From: Ignavibacteriota bacterium
Lineage (GTDB): Bacteria; Bacteroidota; Ignavibacteria; Palsa-1295
Assembly (NCBI GenBank): GCA_963787835.1
Contig: CAWBEI010000003.1
Location: 224,001 to 288,000 of the forward strand
Length of the DNA: 64,000 bases
Direction: 5' to 3'
Shown: positions 1-8,941 of the stretch, one piece after another
Position numbering within the stretch: position 1 is the stretch's first letter
How the letters are laid out: every line of letters starts with the position of its first letter
The notes under the pieces: generated by a model
The model's input: only the letters and a program-made list of their open reading frames with translations
The model's database searches: none
Told to the model about the DNA's origin: nothing
Translations under genes and position numbers: made by a program

Positions 1-672
1 ATTCACATTGTGAATCCCGCGAATGGAAGGGAGTCATCCATCCTTGCTTTGCCGGGGAACATTCGTTCCTTCGATCTAAACAGCAATATCCACGAGCTTG
101 CCGCCGGTGACGAACTGGGAACGATCGGTATCTGGAATTTAACATCTCTGAATGGGCTAGCATCCAGAACCAGCTCCGTGAATGGCGCTATTTCTGCAAT
201 CAATTTTAGCCGTGACGGCAAAATGCTTGCAGCTGGCACGCAGAAGGGCGCGATCTACCTTTGGAACACATCCGGCGAGCAGGGGCAATCGCTCCCAAAA
301 CCGCAAGTAGCAACAACAACCGGTGAGCCGATTCACGCGATCGCCTTCAGTCCTGACGGCAGAATGTTGGCCAGTGGCAGTTCGAATGGCACGGTGCGCC
401 TTTGGAATCCGGATCGTATGGCGGAGATACCCATCACGCTTGCCGATAACTCTGCATGGATGTGGTCGCTGGCCTTCAGCCCGGATGGCAGCACGCTTGC
501 GGCCTCCAGTGCGGATAAATCCATTCATCTCATTCCAGTGCAGCCAGATGCAATTGTACGGCAAGTTCAACAGAAGATCGGACGAAATCTGACCCATAAG
601 GAATGGGATCAATTCATAGGCTCTGATGTGCCTTATGCGGAAACGATTCCTGAGTTAGGAACGAAGGAATAA
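1..672 (+). CDS. WD40-repeat protein, C-terminal part (5' truncated by window); tail typical of NTPase-WD40 proteins
   Basis: Repeated 'AIAFSPDGRMLASGSSNGTVRLW' WD40 units. The frame is open from position 1. The tail 'GRNLTHKEWDQFIG..PY' resembles nSTAND/NACHT-WD40 C-termini. Confidence 0.85.
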   Translation: MHIVNPANGRESSILALPGNIRSFDLNSNIHELAAGDELGTIGIWNLTSLNGLASRTSSVNGAISAINFSRDGKMLAAGTQKGAIYLWNTSGEQGQSLPKPQVATTTGEPIHAIAFSPDGRMLASGSSNGTVRLWNPDRMAEIPITLADNSAWMWSLAFSPDGSTLAASSADKSIHLIPVQPDAIVRQVQQKIGRNLTHKEWDQFIGSDVPYAETIPELGTKE

Positions 673-695
673 AACGTCTGTAACTTTATTTACAA

Positions 696-3029
696 ATGAA
701 ACGTCCCACGGTTCGTCCTCTGTCAGTGTATTGTTTTCTTTTGCTTTCAACCGGTGCCACTGCGCAACACATTGCTCAAATTAGCCCCCCAAATATATCC
801 TTTCGAGGTGTCAGCATTGCAGACTCGACCCATTCGATGGCAGTCGGCGATTCGGCAACGGTAATATTAAGCAATTCCGGTTATATACCGAATTGGCATC
901 TACTATCCTCCCCATGCAGTAAAAACCACACACTTAATGGCGTGAGTTACTACGACAGCCTTCATGCTATAGTTATTTCAGATATGGGACTCATCTTCGC
1001 GACCTCTGACGAGGGACAAACCTGGAATCCATCCGGAACAGGATTGACACGTCAGACATTGCGTGGTATCACGCATACCGAGGATGGGGCACTGATAACC
1101 GTCGGGGACAGCGGCATCATTTTTCGTTCCACCGATGGAGGGCTGAATTGGAGTCGGATTGCTTCCTCGACGTCGCTCAATATTTACGGACTCTCGATCA
1201 ATGTATCCGGGCACGGTTACTTCGTCGGTCAGAACGGACTGGTGGGAAAAACCACCGATTATGGTAAATCCTGGCCGATCGTAACGGATACGAATGCCTT
1301 CGGGTTTATGGCTACCATCCCATCTACGCTTCGCGCCATAGCGATATGTACGAACGATTCCGCGGTTGCGGTTGGAGACAGTGGCGCGGTTGGCTTTACT
1401 TCTGACGGCATCCATTGGAAGGCGCTGAGTGGATTTCCTCAGTCAAATGTAGATAGTATTGCCTTTTATTATCCTCCGGAATCAATTGCACGGACGTCGT
1501 TTCGTGCAGTCATGTATTGTCCCTTGCGATTTGAATTCGGTCCGGGTACTTGGATCATTTGGGGTGATAACGACATATCGGCTGGAATTGTCGATTCTGC
1601 ACTATTCTATCCAGCTCCAAAAAATAGTATATCTAAGTCTCTTGATAGTTCTGCAGTGCTTGTATTTTCCTTTAATTTCCTTGCGGGAGATGCCGATGGC
1701 GGCAGGGATCTCCTCGCTTTTAGAGTACTTTGTGCGGATTATTTTAGTGTGAATCGCAGGATGGATTTTGGGGGGTCGTTTGAGCAATCATTTCATTGCT
1801 CATTCCCAACCGATTCAACATTGATTCTTTATGCCCAGCCTGGATTTAGGGAAAATTTCCTTTTCGCTTCGATCGATAGCATGGGATTTGGATATGCAAC
1901 ATGCACTGGAGGGTTTTTTCTAAAAACAACGGACAATGGATTTTCATGGGGAATCGTCCGGGTGAACGATACTTCGTTTGCCTATCGCAGCTTTGATGCC
2001 ACGGACATCCACACTATTGATTCCAATCATGCGTTTGCGGTCGGCTGGTCAGGTAACCTTTTTCGAACGACGAATGGCGGCATCACCTGGGATAGCTCCA
2101 ATATCGACAATAACTTAGAACGCCTGCAAGGTATCTCATATCCCGCAAAAGGTGTAGCTGTGGTGGTTGGTGACTTTGGCGCCATCCTTCGAAGCACGAA
2201 CGATGGTGCATCTTGGAATTATATCTCTCAAAGCATCACAGAAAGTTTTCTCGAAGCGGTTGCGTTTTCTTCGCCGGAGATAGGAGTAGCTGTCGGTACA
2301 AGCGCAGAAATATTGCGAACTGCCGATCAAGGGGTGACCTGGACCGAGATCAACAATCCGCTCACAGGGCAGAATGTTTCATTCCGGGAAATTGCCGCAT
2401 TCCCCGATGGCACCTATTATACAACAACAGATTCTATGGGGCTGTGGAGATCGATCGATCAAGGAGAGAATTGGAACCGAGTTATTGCAATCCCTAACAC
2501 GATCAGCTTAGGATTCTATGATGAAAACACCGCAGTTGTTGCGGAAAAGACATGGTCGTCCGCAATTGTTCCTGACACAATGCTGCTCGCATTCACGAGG
2601 AATGGTTTTGCTACAAAGACAGAATTTAATATCCCAATTATCAACAATAATAGAATTGTATTTCATTTCATTGACTCCAATACCTTCCTCTGTTTTGGCT
2701 CGGATGGCTTTGTGGTGAAGGTAGAGATGTCGCAAGGCGGCGCAAGCGTTACGGAGCTTTCATCATCGCAAACCTCGCCGGTACAAGCATTCCCAAATCC
2801 CTGCGTTACACATTCAGTGACGATCGAATATGATCTCGATAACTCAGGCACAACGGCCGTCGAACTTTGGAACACGCTCGGCGAAAAAGTGCAAGCCTTG
2901 TTCACAGCAAATGAATTAGCTGGACATCATTCTCAAGTGCTTAAAATAGATCCCGAATTGCATGGTGCGTTCTTTGTCAAAGTGATTTCTGGGACAGAAG
3001 CAAAGATGCTGCCTATTAGTATCGAATAA
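696..3029 (+). CDS. Secreted BNR/Asp-box (YCF48-like) beta-propeller protein with T9SS type-A sorting domain
   Basis: Signal peptide, many S/T-x-D-x-G-x-x-W repeats, C-terminal 'FPNP...GAFFVKV' CTD. Confidence 0.85.
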   Translation: MKRPTVRPLSVYCFLLLSTGATAQHIAQISPPNISFRGVSIADSTHSMAVGDSATVILSNSGYIPNWHLLSSPCSKNHTLNGVSYYDSLHAIVISDMGLIFATSDEGQTWNPSGTGLTRQTLRGITHTEDGALITVGDSGIIFRSTDGGLNWSRIASSTSLNIYGLSINVSGHGYFVGQNGLVGKTTDYGKSWPIVTDTNAFGFMATIPSTLRAIAICTNDSAVAVGDSGAVGFTSDGIHWKALSGFPQSNVDSIAFYYPPESIARTSFRAVMYCPLRFEFGPGTWIIWGDNDISAGIVDSALFYPAPKNSISKSLDSSAVLVFSFNFLAGDADGGRDLLAFRVLCADYFSVNRRMDFGGSFEQSFHCSFPTDSTLILYAQPGFRENFLFASIDSMGFGYATCTGGFFLKTTDNGFSWGIVRVNDTSFAYRSFDATDIHTIDSNHAFAVGWSGNLFRTTNGGITWDSSNIDNNLERLQGISYPAKGVAVVVGDFGAILRSTNDGASWNYISQSITESFLEAVAFSSPEIGVAVGTSAEILRTADQGVTWTEINNPLTGQNVSFREIAAFPDGTYYTTTDSMGLWRSIDQGENWNRVIAIPNTISLGFYDENTAVVAEKTWSSAIVPDTMLLAFTRNGFATKTEFNIPIINNNRIVFHFIDSNTFLCFGSDGFVVKVEMSQGGASVTELSSSQTSPVQAFPNPCVTHSVTIEYDLDNSGTTAVELWNTLGEKVQALFTANELAGHHSQVLKIDPELHGAFFVKVISGTEAKMLPISIE

Positions 3030-3062
3030 GATTAAAGCTGGCATCGCCAATACCACAAATAG

Positions 3063-6000
3063 TTACCTTGATCGTTGTGCGGCTTCATTTTGCTTGCGAA
3101 TTCGCCGGCAGAGCGTCGTGATCGCACCGCGCGCGATCTCGATGTTATCTATCATCAGATCGTAGAACACTTCCCGATCGAGCTTGAGGAGGGTCGTTTC
3201 TTCCAGTGCCGTTACGGATGCGGATCGAGGCTCGGGATCCAACAGCGCCATTTCACCTACCACATCCCGTGCGTGTAATTCGGAAAGTTGATGTTCGCCA
3301 TCATGAACGCGCACACGCCCCTCGACAATGATATACAGGCAGCTTCCTGTCTCGCCTTTCTCGATGATTCGCTCCCCAACAGAGGCATGAACTTCCTCCA
3401 GCGCCTGCGCAATATGAGAAAGCACCGGATCGGGCGTTTCGTGAAACAAATCGACCGTCTTTAATAAAATGACGCGTTCAAATAAATGTGGCATAGGTTC
3501 CTCGTCCTTGGACTTGTAGTAAAAATGAGCGACCGCAAGGGTCCAGGGTTCGTAAAAATGGTCATCATCGCGCAGGAGATTGTTCCATGCTATCTCGTGG
3601 GAGCCGTGTTCAAGATCCTGTGGAATGATGTCAGCCAGCGTGGTATGGTCGGTAATATGTGCTGAATGCTTAGCTCCATCATGATTGGTCCTTCTAAGAA
3701 AAAGCGTTGCTTCGAGCAATGCAACCACTTCTTTCGCAAGATCCGGAGCGAGGATCTGATCCAGAACTTCAAATGCGTTGGCATGATGCAGATGTTCGCC
3801 GATGAGCAGGCTGTCACGCACCCGGCGTAGCGTTACAGGATCATATTCAAGCTCCAATAGCATCAGCACGCGATCTGCCGCTTGTGCGACCTCATGCGAA
3901 AGCGTGCTTCGAAATAATTCCGACACTGGAAGATTTGTTGAATGTCCATTTGTGGATTCAAGAGAATGAATGATGGTAATAAGCTTGCGGACGCGCCGAA
4001 GTTCCTCAGCTATGATACGTGTGATGATATCAGAATCGTTTATTCGGATACCATTGGTCGTAAGCGCATGCAACGCAGCCAATCGCAGGGTTCCCAGCAC
4101 TCGCGGTGCTTCGTCGATGGTACCACCTACGGTTCCACCGCTGGACGGATTCGGCCAGGTTAACAGTGCGACCAATAACTGAATGGATTGTTCGGAGAAT
4201 GGTGCGTGCTCACCCTTACTCCAATGACCGAGCAGGCGCGCAATTCGTGGTAAGCGGGCACTTCCGACATGTCCCTCCTCGATGTGGTGCGTGAGGTGCG
4301 GCAGCACCGCATTGCCAAAGGCCTGCAGAGCATGCTCGATAAGGATGAGCGTTTGCCGAGTGGTTGCGGGTTGTAGATACAGATCGAGTATTGGTTCGAT
4401 AAGTTGCGGATGAGCAACCAGCGCGGATGCTCGAATCGCAGCAAGCCGCACTTCCGAATTCTCGTCTCGCAGAAGCGCAAGAAGGGAATGATAGAACTGA
4501 CGAACCCCAACTCCGCCTATGATCTTCGCGGCAGAAACGCGCACGCTGGGATCGGTGCTGTGCGCCATGGACTGCACGAATTCACCAGCCACAAGCACCC
4601 CGTCGATCCCTTTATGCTTGATGAGCCCGGCAAGCAGCCCTTCTCGCACGGGGAGTCGTTCATCATCGAGCCACTGCTTCATATCTTCGGCCTCAAGTTC
4701 CGGAGAAACGGCAGAATAGACCCGCAACGTTTGGCCCAGCATCGTTCCATCGTCGTGATTCAGATCGATTTTAGCGTTCGTTAACACAGCATCTAAAATG
4801 GTCTTAGCGCGAAGGCGTTCGGCGGCAGAAAATTCAAGATCATCCACGCGGCGTAGGGCAGCGATTCGAACGGACAATTCACCGTGTGCGAGCAAGTTGG
4901 GTAAGGCGTCGATGAGGAACGTATGTTCGGTCGGAGGAATAAGATGCAAGGCATATTCCACTTCCATCGGATGCGCGCTATGCAGCTTTTCTAAGACCAT
5001 GCTTCGCGCGGCATGATCCCAGACCAGCGCTGATGACATAAGCCGCCGGTGCTTCAACGCCCGGAGCACTGTTCTCTTGTATTCGCGGTCGAACCAAAGA
5101 AGTGTTCCCGCCCACGCTGCAAACACCCCAAGCATTACAAAACTGATCCCACGCAACGAGAAACCAATAGAAACGGAGAGCACATATAACAGGATGGACG
5201 CTGCACCTAACGCAAGCGGTTCAATGATTCCACCAATGGCTTGATGCCCGCGATGCTGAAGGTGTTTCGAGAGCGGTTGCATGGCAATGGCCAATGCAGG
5301 AACCTGAACGGCCTCCGACCACAACTCGACAAGCAACATTCCACCAATGAACGCCCAGATCATGGCGGGTGCGGCACCTGCGACCGATGCAGAATTTGCG
5401 CTAAAGATTAGTCCAGCAACGGTGGTAATGAGTAGTCCGATGGGCAGCACGATGATCGTTCTTGCGAGTCCGAACTTACTGAAGAGTCGCCCAACGACAC
5501 CGACTTTGAGCAACAGACTCGCCAGTTTTGCTACTCCGAGGAACAGTCCGATGAAATTTGCAACTTGTGTGAGGCTTTCTTTTCGTTCCTCGATCTCTCG
5601 AAGAAATCCAAAGTCGATACAGGTCGTTGCAAAGAGCGCCAGGAACGCAACCAGAGACACACTTGCGATATACGTATCCCGCCAAATGAACGTGAGTGAG
5701 TTTTGCTTCCCGTCATGATGCTTCGGCTGTTCGAACGCCGTTCTGGAATGATGTTTTTGTTTCCCATCTGTATGCATTGCCATCAGATGCGAGTAATTTG
5801 AAATGATTTGCTGTAGCACAAAGACACTTATCGCTGTTCCACCGGCGGAGAGAATCAACAACTGCGGTACTTTCAAGAACGAGGTCAATAGCGGGACAGA
5901 AAAATAGCCGAGTATTTTTGCAAGGAACGATCCTGAATCTATCAAACTGAACAGCCGCTTCCCTTGCCGGACATCGAAAAGATGCATGGGAAGCCCCCAA

Positions 6001-6440
6001 AACTCACTTTGAGCTACGAAGATCATAATACGGGACCACACCAATAGCCCAAACGCAATGGCGAGCGGGGGAATCTGCAAGGCGTATTCCTCCATTGCGT
6101 AGAAGGCGACCGTTCCGGCCACGAGCAGGATCAGCGCAAGCCGGAGCACTTGAAATTGACCGATCGCATGCTCTAAGCGTTCGGAGCTATACCCGATCAG
6201 AAGTTCAAGAACCGCAGCCGCCGCAAACGCGCACGGAAGATACACGATCGGAAAGGAATCAAGAAAGATCGGAAGTGCTGCTGAGATCAGATACGCAACC
6301 CCGACCCCGAGAAAGAACGAGTGCGTCCAGAGCAGCGCCACGGGGCGCATCTCATGCGAACGCAAGTTCAGGGTTTGAAGAACTACTCGCTTACCCCAGG
6401 ATGTTCGAAAAGAGCCTTGACGATTTGGAGATGAATCCAT
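3063..6440 (-). CDS. Npt1/TLC-like MFS nucleotide-transporter domain + HEAT repeats + C-terminal cyclic-nucleotide-binding domain
   Basis: About 12 TM helices with 'FWG...LFDVRQGKRLF', HEAT repeats 'LLRDENSEVRLAAIRA', cNMP motif 'GEMALLDPEPRSASV'. Start moved to ATG 6440 to avoid overlap with the divergent gene. Confidence 0.85.
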   Translation of the reverse strand: MDSSPNRQGSFRTSWGKRVVLQTLNLRSHEMRPVALLWTHSFFLGVGVAYLISAALPIFLDSFPIVYLPCAFAAAAVLELLIGYSSERLEHAIGQFQVLRLALILLVAGTVAFYAMEEYALQIPPLAIAFGLLVWSRIMIFVAQSEFWGLPMHLFDVRQGKRLFSLIDSGSFLAKILGYFSVPLLTSFLKVPQLLILSAGGTAISVFVLQQIISNYSHLMAMHTDGKQKHHSRTAFEQPKHHDGKQNSLTFIWRDTYIASVSLVAFLALFATTCIDFGFLREIEERKESLTQVANFIGLFLGVAKLASLLLKVGVVGRLFSKFGLARTIIVLPIGLLITTVAGLIFSANSASVAGAAPAMIWAFIGGMLLVELWSEAVQVPALAIAMQPLSKHLQHRGHQAIGGIIEPLALGAASILLYVLSVSIGFSLRGISFVMLGVFAAWAGTLLWFDREYKRTVLRALKHRRLMSSALVWDHAARSMVLEKLHSAHPMEVEYALHLIPPTEHTFLIDALPNLLAHGELSVRIAALRRVDDLEFSAAERLRAKTILDAVLTNAKIDLNHDDGTMLGQTLRVYSAVSPELEAEDMKQWLDDERLPVREGLLAGLIKHKGIDGVLVAGEFVQSMAHSTDPSVRVSAAKIIGGVGVRQFYHSLLALLRDENSEVRLAAIRASALVAHPQLIEPILDLYLQPATTRQTLILIEHALQAFGNAVLPHLTHHIEEGHVGSARLPRIARLLGHWSKGEHAPFSEQSIQLLVALLTWPNPSSGGTVGGTIDEAPRVLGTLRLAALHALTTNGIRINDSDIITRIIAEELRRVRKLITIIHSLESTNGHSTNLPVSELFRSTLSHEVAQAADRVLMLLELEYDPVTLRRVRDSLLIGEHLHHANAFEVLDQILAPDLAKEVVALLEATLFLRRTNHDGAKHSAHITDHTTLADIIPQDLEHGSHEIAWNNLLRDDDHFYEPWTLAVAHFYYKSKDEEPMPHLFERVILLKTVDLFHETPDPVLSHIAQALEEVHASVGERIIEKGETGSCLYIIVEGRVRVHDGEHQLSELHARDVVGEMALLDPEPRSASVTALEETTLLKLDREVFYDLMIDNIEIARGAITTLCRRIRKQNEAAQRSR

Positions 6441-6483
6441 TATCGAACGATAACAAGCATAGAACGCGATGCGTCCCAGCACC

Positions 6484-7086
6484 ATGATTGTTCCTCCGCA
6501 TTCCCTCGTACCCCAGATCGAAACATTCTCACGCGAGATCATCGCCACATTACCGGCCGGATATACCTACCATTGTATCGAACACACCGAGATGGTCGTG
6601 AGGCACACAACGATGATAGCGGATTCGATCCAGCTAACCGAAGAGCAGACGGCACTGCTCATCATGGCGGCCTGGCTTCACGATGTGGGGTTTCGCATCC
6701 GGTATAAGGGGCATGAAAGAGATAGCTGCGTTGCTGCACGAGAAAAGCTTGCGGATGTACTAACTCCCGAGGATATGGCGACCATTGAAGAAGCCATTAT
6801 GGGAACGGAGATTCCTCAGCGCGCGACCCATCCTATCTCACAAGCGCTTTGCGACGCCGATCTGTTGTACTTAGGTGGCGATCACTTCTTTGATTGGAGC
6901 GCGCGGCTGCGCGAAGAGCATCAGAAGGTTCTTGGACGTGAATACAGCGATCAACAATGGATCGAATTTAACATTGACTTCGTCCGCAATCATACATTCT
7001 TCACAGCATTTGCTCGGGAACATTATGGCGAGGGTCTTTTAAAAAATCTGGATGCGTTGGAACTGATGAGAGCGGAGTCCCTCTGA
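6484..7086 (+). CDS. HD-domain metal-dependent phosphohydrolase
   Basis: 'YHCIEHT...AAWLHDVG...HE..S...LCDADL' HD motif set. Confidence 0.85.
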   Translation: MIVPPHSLVPQIETFSREIIATLPAGYTYHCIEHTEMVVRHTTMIADSIQLTEEQTALLIMAAWLHDVGFRIRYKGHERDSCVAAREKLADVLTPEDMATIEEAIMGTEIPQRATHPISQALCDADLLYLGGDHFFDWSARLREEHQKVLGREYSDQQWIEFNIDFVRNHTFFTAFAREHYGEGLLKNLDALELMRAESL

Positions 7087-7456
7087 TCGAAGGCTTCTCC
7101 GACTTGGAAGCCCCTCTCACATGTGTTGTTTGGAGCAAAGCATCTTGGTTATTTCACACAACAATCATTTGAAGTATTGAGGAGGAAGGTTTACTCACTG
7201 GAATCACAGACCGGCTCATGTCGGATATTTGTAATATTTGTCAGTCAACTAATGTCAAAAGATAAACTATTAAATATCCATAAACAGTTGATTATATTTA
7301 ACTTAAGCGGAGGACCTGGGATTCGAACGTCAAGTGCCGGAAGACAAACGATACCATTCTTCTTTACGTCTCTATGTTGCTACTATCCATTTGAACCATG
7401 GGTCCGGCTTGTGAATTTTGACAAATCGAACTTTTTTGATCTATTCAACTCTTTGC

Positions 7457-8044
7457 ATGACGATGGACTCGCGAACCGATCTCGACCTCCTAACTGCAAT
7501 TCAGGAACGCGCAGATAACAGCGCGTTGGGAGCTCTCTACGACCGTTATGGGCGAAAGGTCTATGTATTGGCCTATGGTATTTTGCGGTGCAAACCGGAC
7601 GCAGAGGACATACTGCAAGAGGTATTTGAGCGCGTTTGGAAGAAAAGCCACACCTATAATAGTACGCTTGGTAGCGTGAAAAGCTGGCTGCTCCGTATCA
7701 CACATAATCGTTCTATAAATAGGCTTAAAGCGCGTGCAATACGGGCAACCCATTCGGGCTACACTTCAGAGGGTGCGTATGGAGATTCCTTTACCGGCAG
7801 GATGCCAGAGAACATTTTAGATGCTTCCGAGATCGACATGGATTTCGACATTGGGATATTTGTTCGCAAAGCACTTGACTATTTACCCGAAGAGCAACGG
7901 CGGCTGATCGAACTGGCATTCTTCAAAGGGCTATCCCATTCGGAAATTGCTGAAACTGAGCAGATTCCGCTTGGCACCGTGAAGACTCGGATACGCAGCG
8001 GCATCGCTCGATTACGAACGGAATTAAAATTTTTAAGAACGTAG
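7457..8044 (+). CDS. ECF sigma factor (SigK/RpoE-like)
   Basis: Region 2 'DAEDILQEVF..VW...KSWLLRITHNRSIN', region 4 'GLSHSEIA...IPLGTVKTRIR'. Start is ATG 7457 or 7463. Confidence 0.92.
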   Translation: MTMDSRTDLDLLTAIQERADNSALGALYDRYGRKVYVLAYGILRCKPDAEDILQEVFERVWKKSHTYNSTLGSVKSWLLRITHNRSINRLKARAIRATHSGYTSEGAYGDSFTGRMPENILDASEIDMDFDIGIFVRKALDYLPEEQRRLIELAFFKGLSHSEIAETEQIPLGTVKTRIRSGIARLRTELKFLRT

Positions 8045-8084
8045 CGAACATTTGCGATAAAAATAGTAATAAGGAACAATACAA

Positions 8085-8113
8085 GAATCCGAGAGCATAG
8101 AGATAGCTGTAAT
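8085..8113 (+). promoter_or_regulatory. Putative ECF promoter GAATCC-N17-TGTAAT upstream of the anti-sigma gene
   Basis: The same bipartite motif recurs at 8842 and 13535. Confidence 0.5.
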
Positions 8114-8149
8114 AAAAAGAATAAGCTCTCGATCAGCGATCAGCACATA

Positions 8150-8782
8150 ATGGCGGAACAGAAACAACAGAGCAATGGAAACGGTCAAGACCCTTTAATG
8201 GGCAAAGAGCCACTAATGGGCAAAGAGCCACGCATCTCCAATGATGCGTTGCTCGGCTATCTTCAGGGCGAACTTCGGCTTCCGGACATGGAAGCGTTCG
8301 AGGCCGCCTCTGTAAATGATCCTGAACAAATGGAGTCGATTCGAGTCTATTCCGAATTGCTCGATTCCTTAACGGATCTATTGCCTGAACCTGAGATGCC
8401 TATCGGAGACGATATGCGGACGCGGATAATGTCTATTGCAGACTCCAAGCCGATCTCCCAAGTCATTCGTGCTCACCAAGGCCAGTGGATCGATTCTGGT
8501 ATGCCGGGATTTGAGTTCAAACTGCTGTATCAGGATCCGGAATCGAAGAAGAGTACGGTCCTCGCTCGTATCGCGGCAGGTGCACGAATGCCGCATCATC
8601 GCCATCAAGGCACAGAGGAATGTCTTATTATCGAAGGCAGCTTATGGACGGATGGCGTTCTGCTTGAAGCCGGAGATTTTATCGTGACGCAGGATCAAAC
8701 CGAGCATGAAGATACGTGGTCGCCTCATGGAGCGCTGGCACTTATAAAAACATATCTGGAGGATGAAATATTATCGAGTTAA
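8150..8782 (+). CDS. Anti-sigma factor with ChrR-like cupin domain
   Basis: Directly after the ECF sigma gene. N-terminal 'LLGYLQGEL' anti-sigma helix and cupin 'PHHRHQGTEE...EG...GD...H'. Confidence 0.82.
   Translation: MAEQKQQSNGNGQDPLMGKEPLMGKEPRISNDALLGYLQGELRLPDMEAFEAASVNDPEQMESIRVYSELLDSLTDLLPEPEMPIGDDMRTRIMSIADSKPISQVIRAHQGQWIDSGMPGFEFKLLYQDPESKKSTVLARIAAGARMPHHRHQGTEECLIIEGSLWTDGVLLEAGDFIVTQDQTEHEDTWSPHGALALIKTYLEDEILSS
8196..8231 (+). repeat. Perfect 18-bp tandem duplication (TAATGGGCAAAGAGCCAC x2) encoding PLMGKE-PLMGKE
   Basis: Read directly from sequence. Confidence 0.95.
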
Positions 8783-8804
8783 CCATTTTAGCTTTGTTTC
8801 TGAG

Positions 8805-8838
8805 AAAGGCCGGAGAAAACTCCGGCCTTTTGTATTTT
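8805..8838 (+). terminator. Intrinsic terminator after the anti-sigma gene
   Basis: AAAGGCCGGAG-aaaa-CTCCGGCCTTT followed by a T-rich tract. Confidence 0.8.
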
Positions 8839-8841
8839 GAT

Positions 8842-8869
8842 AAATCCAGTGACCCAATGTAGGTGTATT
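8842..8869 (+). promoter_or_regulatory. Putative ECF promoter AAATCC-N16-TGTATT upstream of the DUF4331 operon
   Basis: Lies just after the terminator, so the operon needs its own promoter. Matches the motifs at 8085 and 13535. Confidence 0.6.
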
Positions 8870-8941
8870 AGTCAGAGCAATCCTCTTTTTTATCGTCAGG
8901 CAAAAGAGTGGAAAGTCTTTTAACTAATCACAAACATTTCT

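Noticed and set aside
1440-1960. AT-richer, repeat-free middle of the BNR protein as a possible hypervariable cassette or intein
   Set aside because: No intein motifs and no template copy in the window; it cannot be distinguished from ordinary divergence
3063-7086. Complete Pycsar/CBASS defence system
   Set aside because: No cyclase or nucleotidyltransferase is present; only a cNMP-binding transporter fusion and an HD protein
7123-7518. 131-aa ORF in the AT-rich region upstream of the ECF sigma gene
   Set aside because: No motifs and it overlaps the sigma start; more likely regulatory DNA
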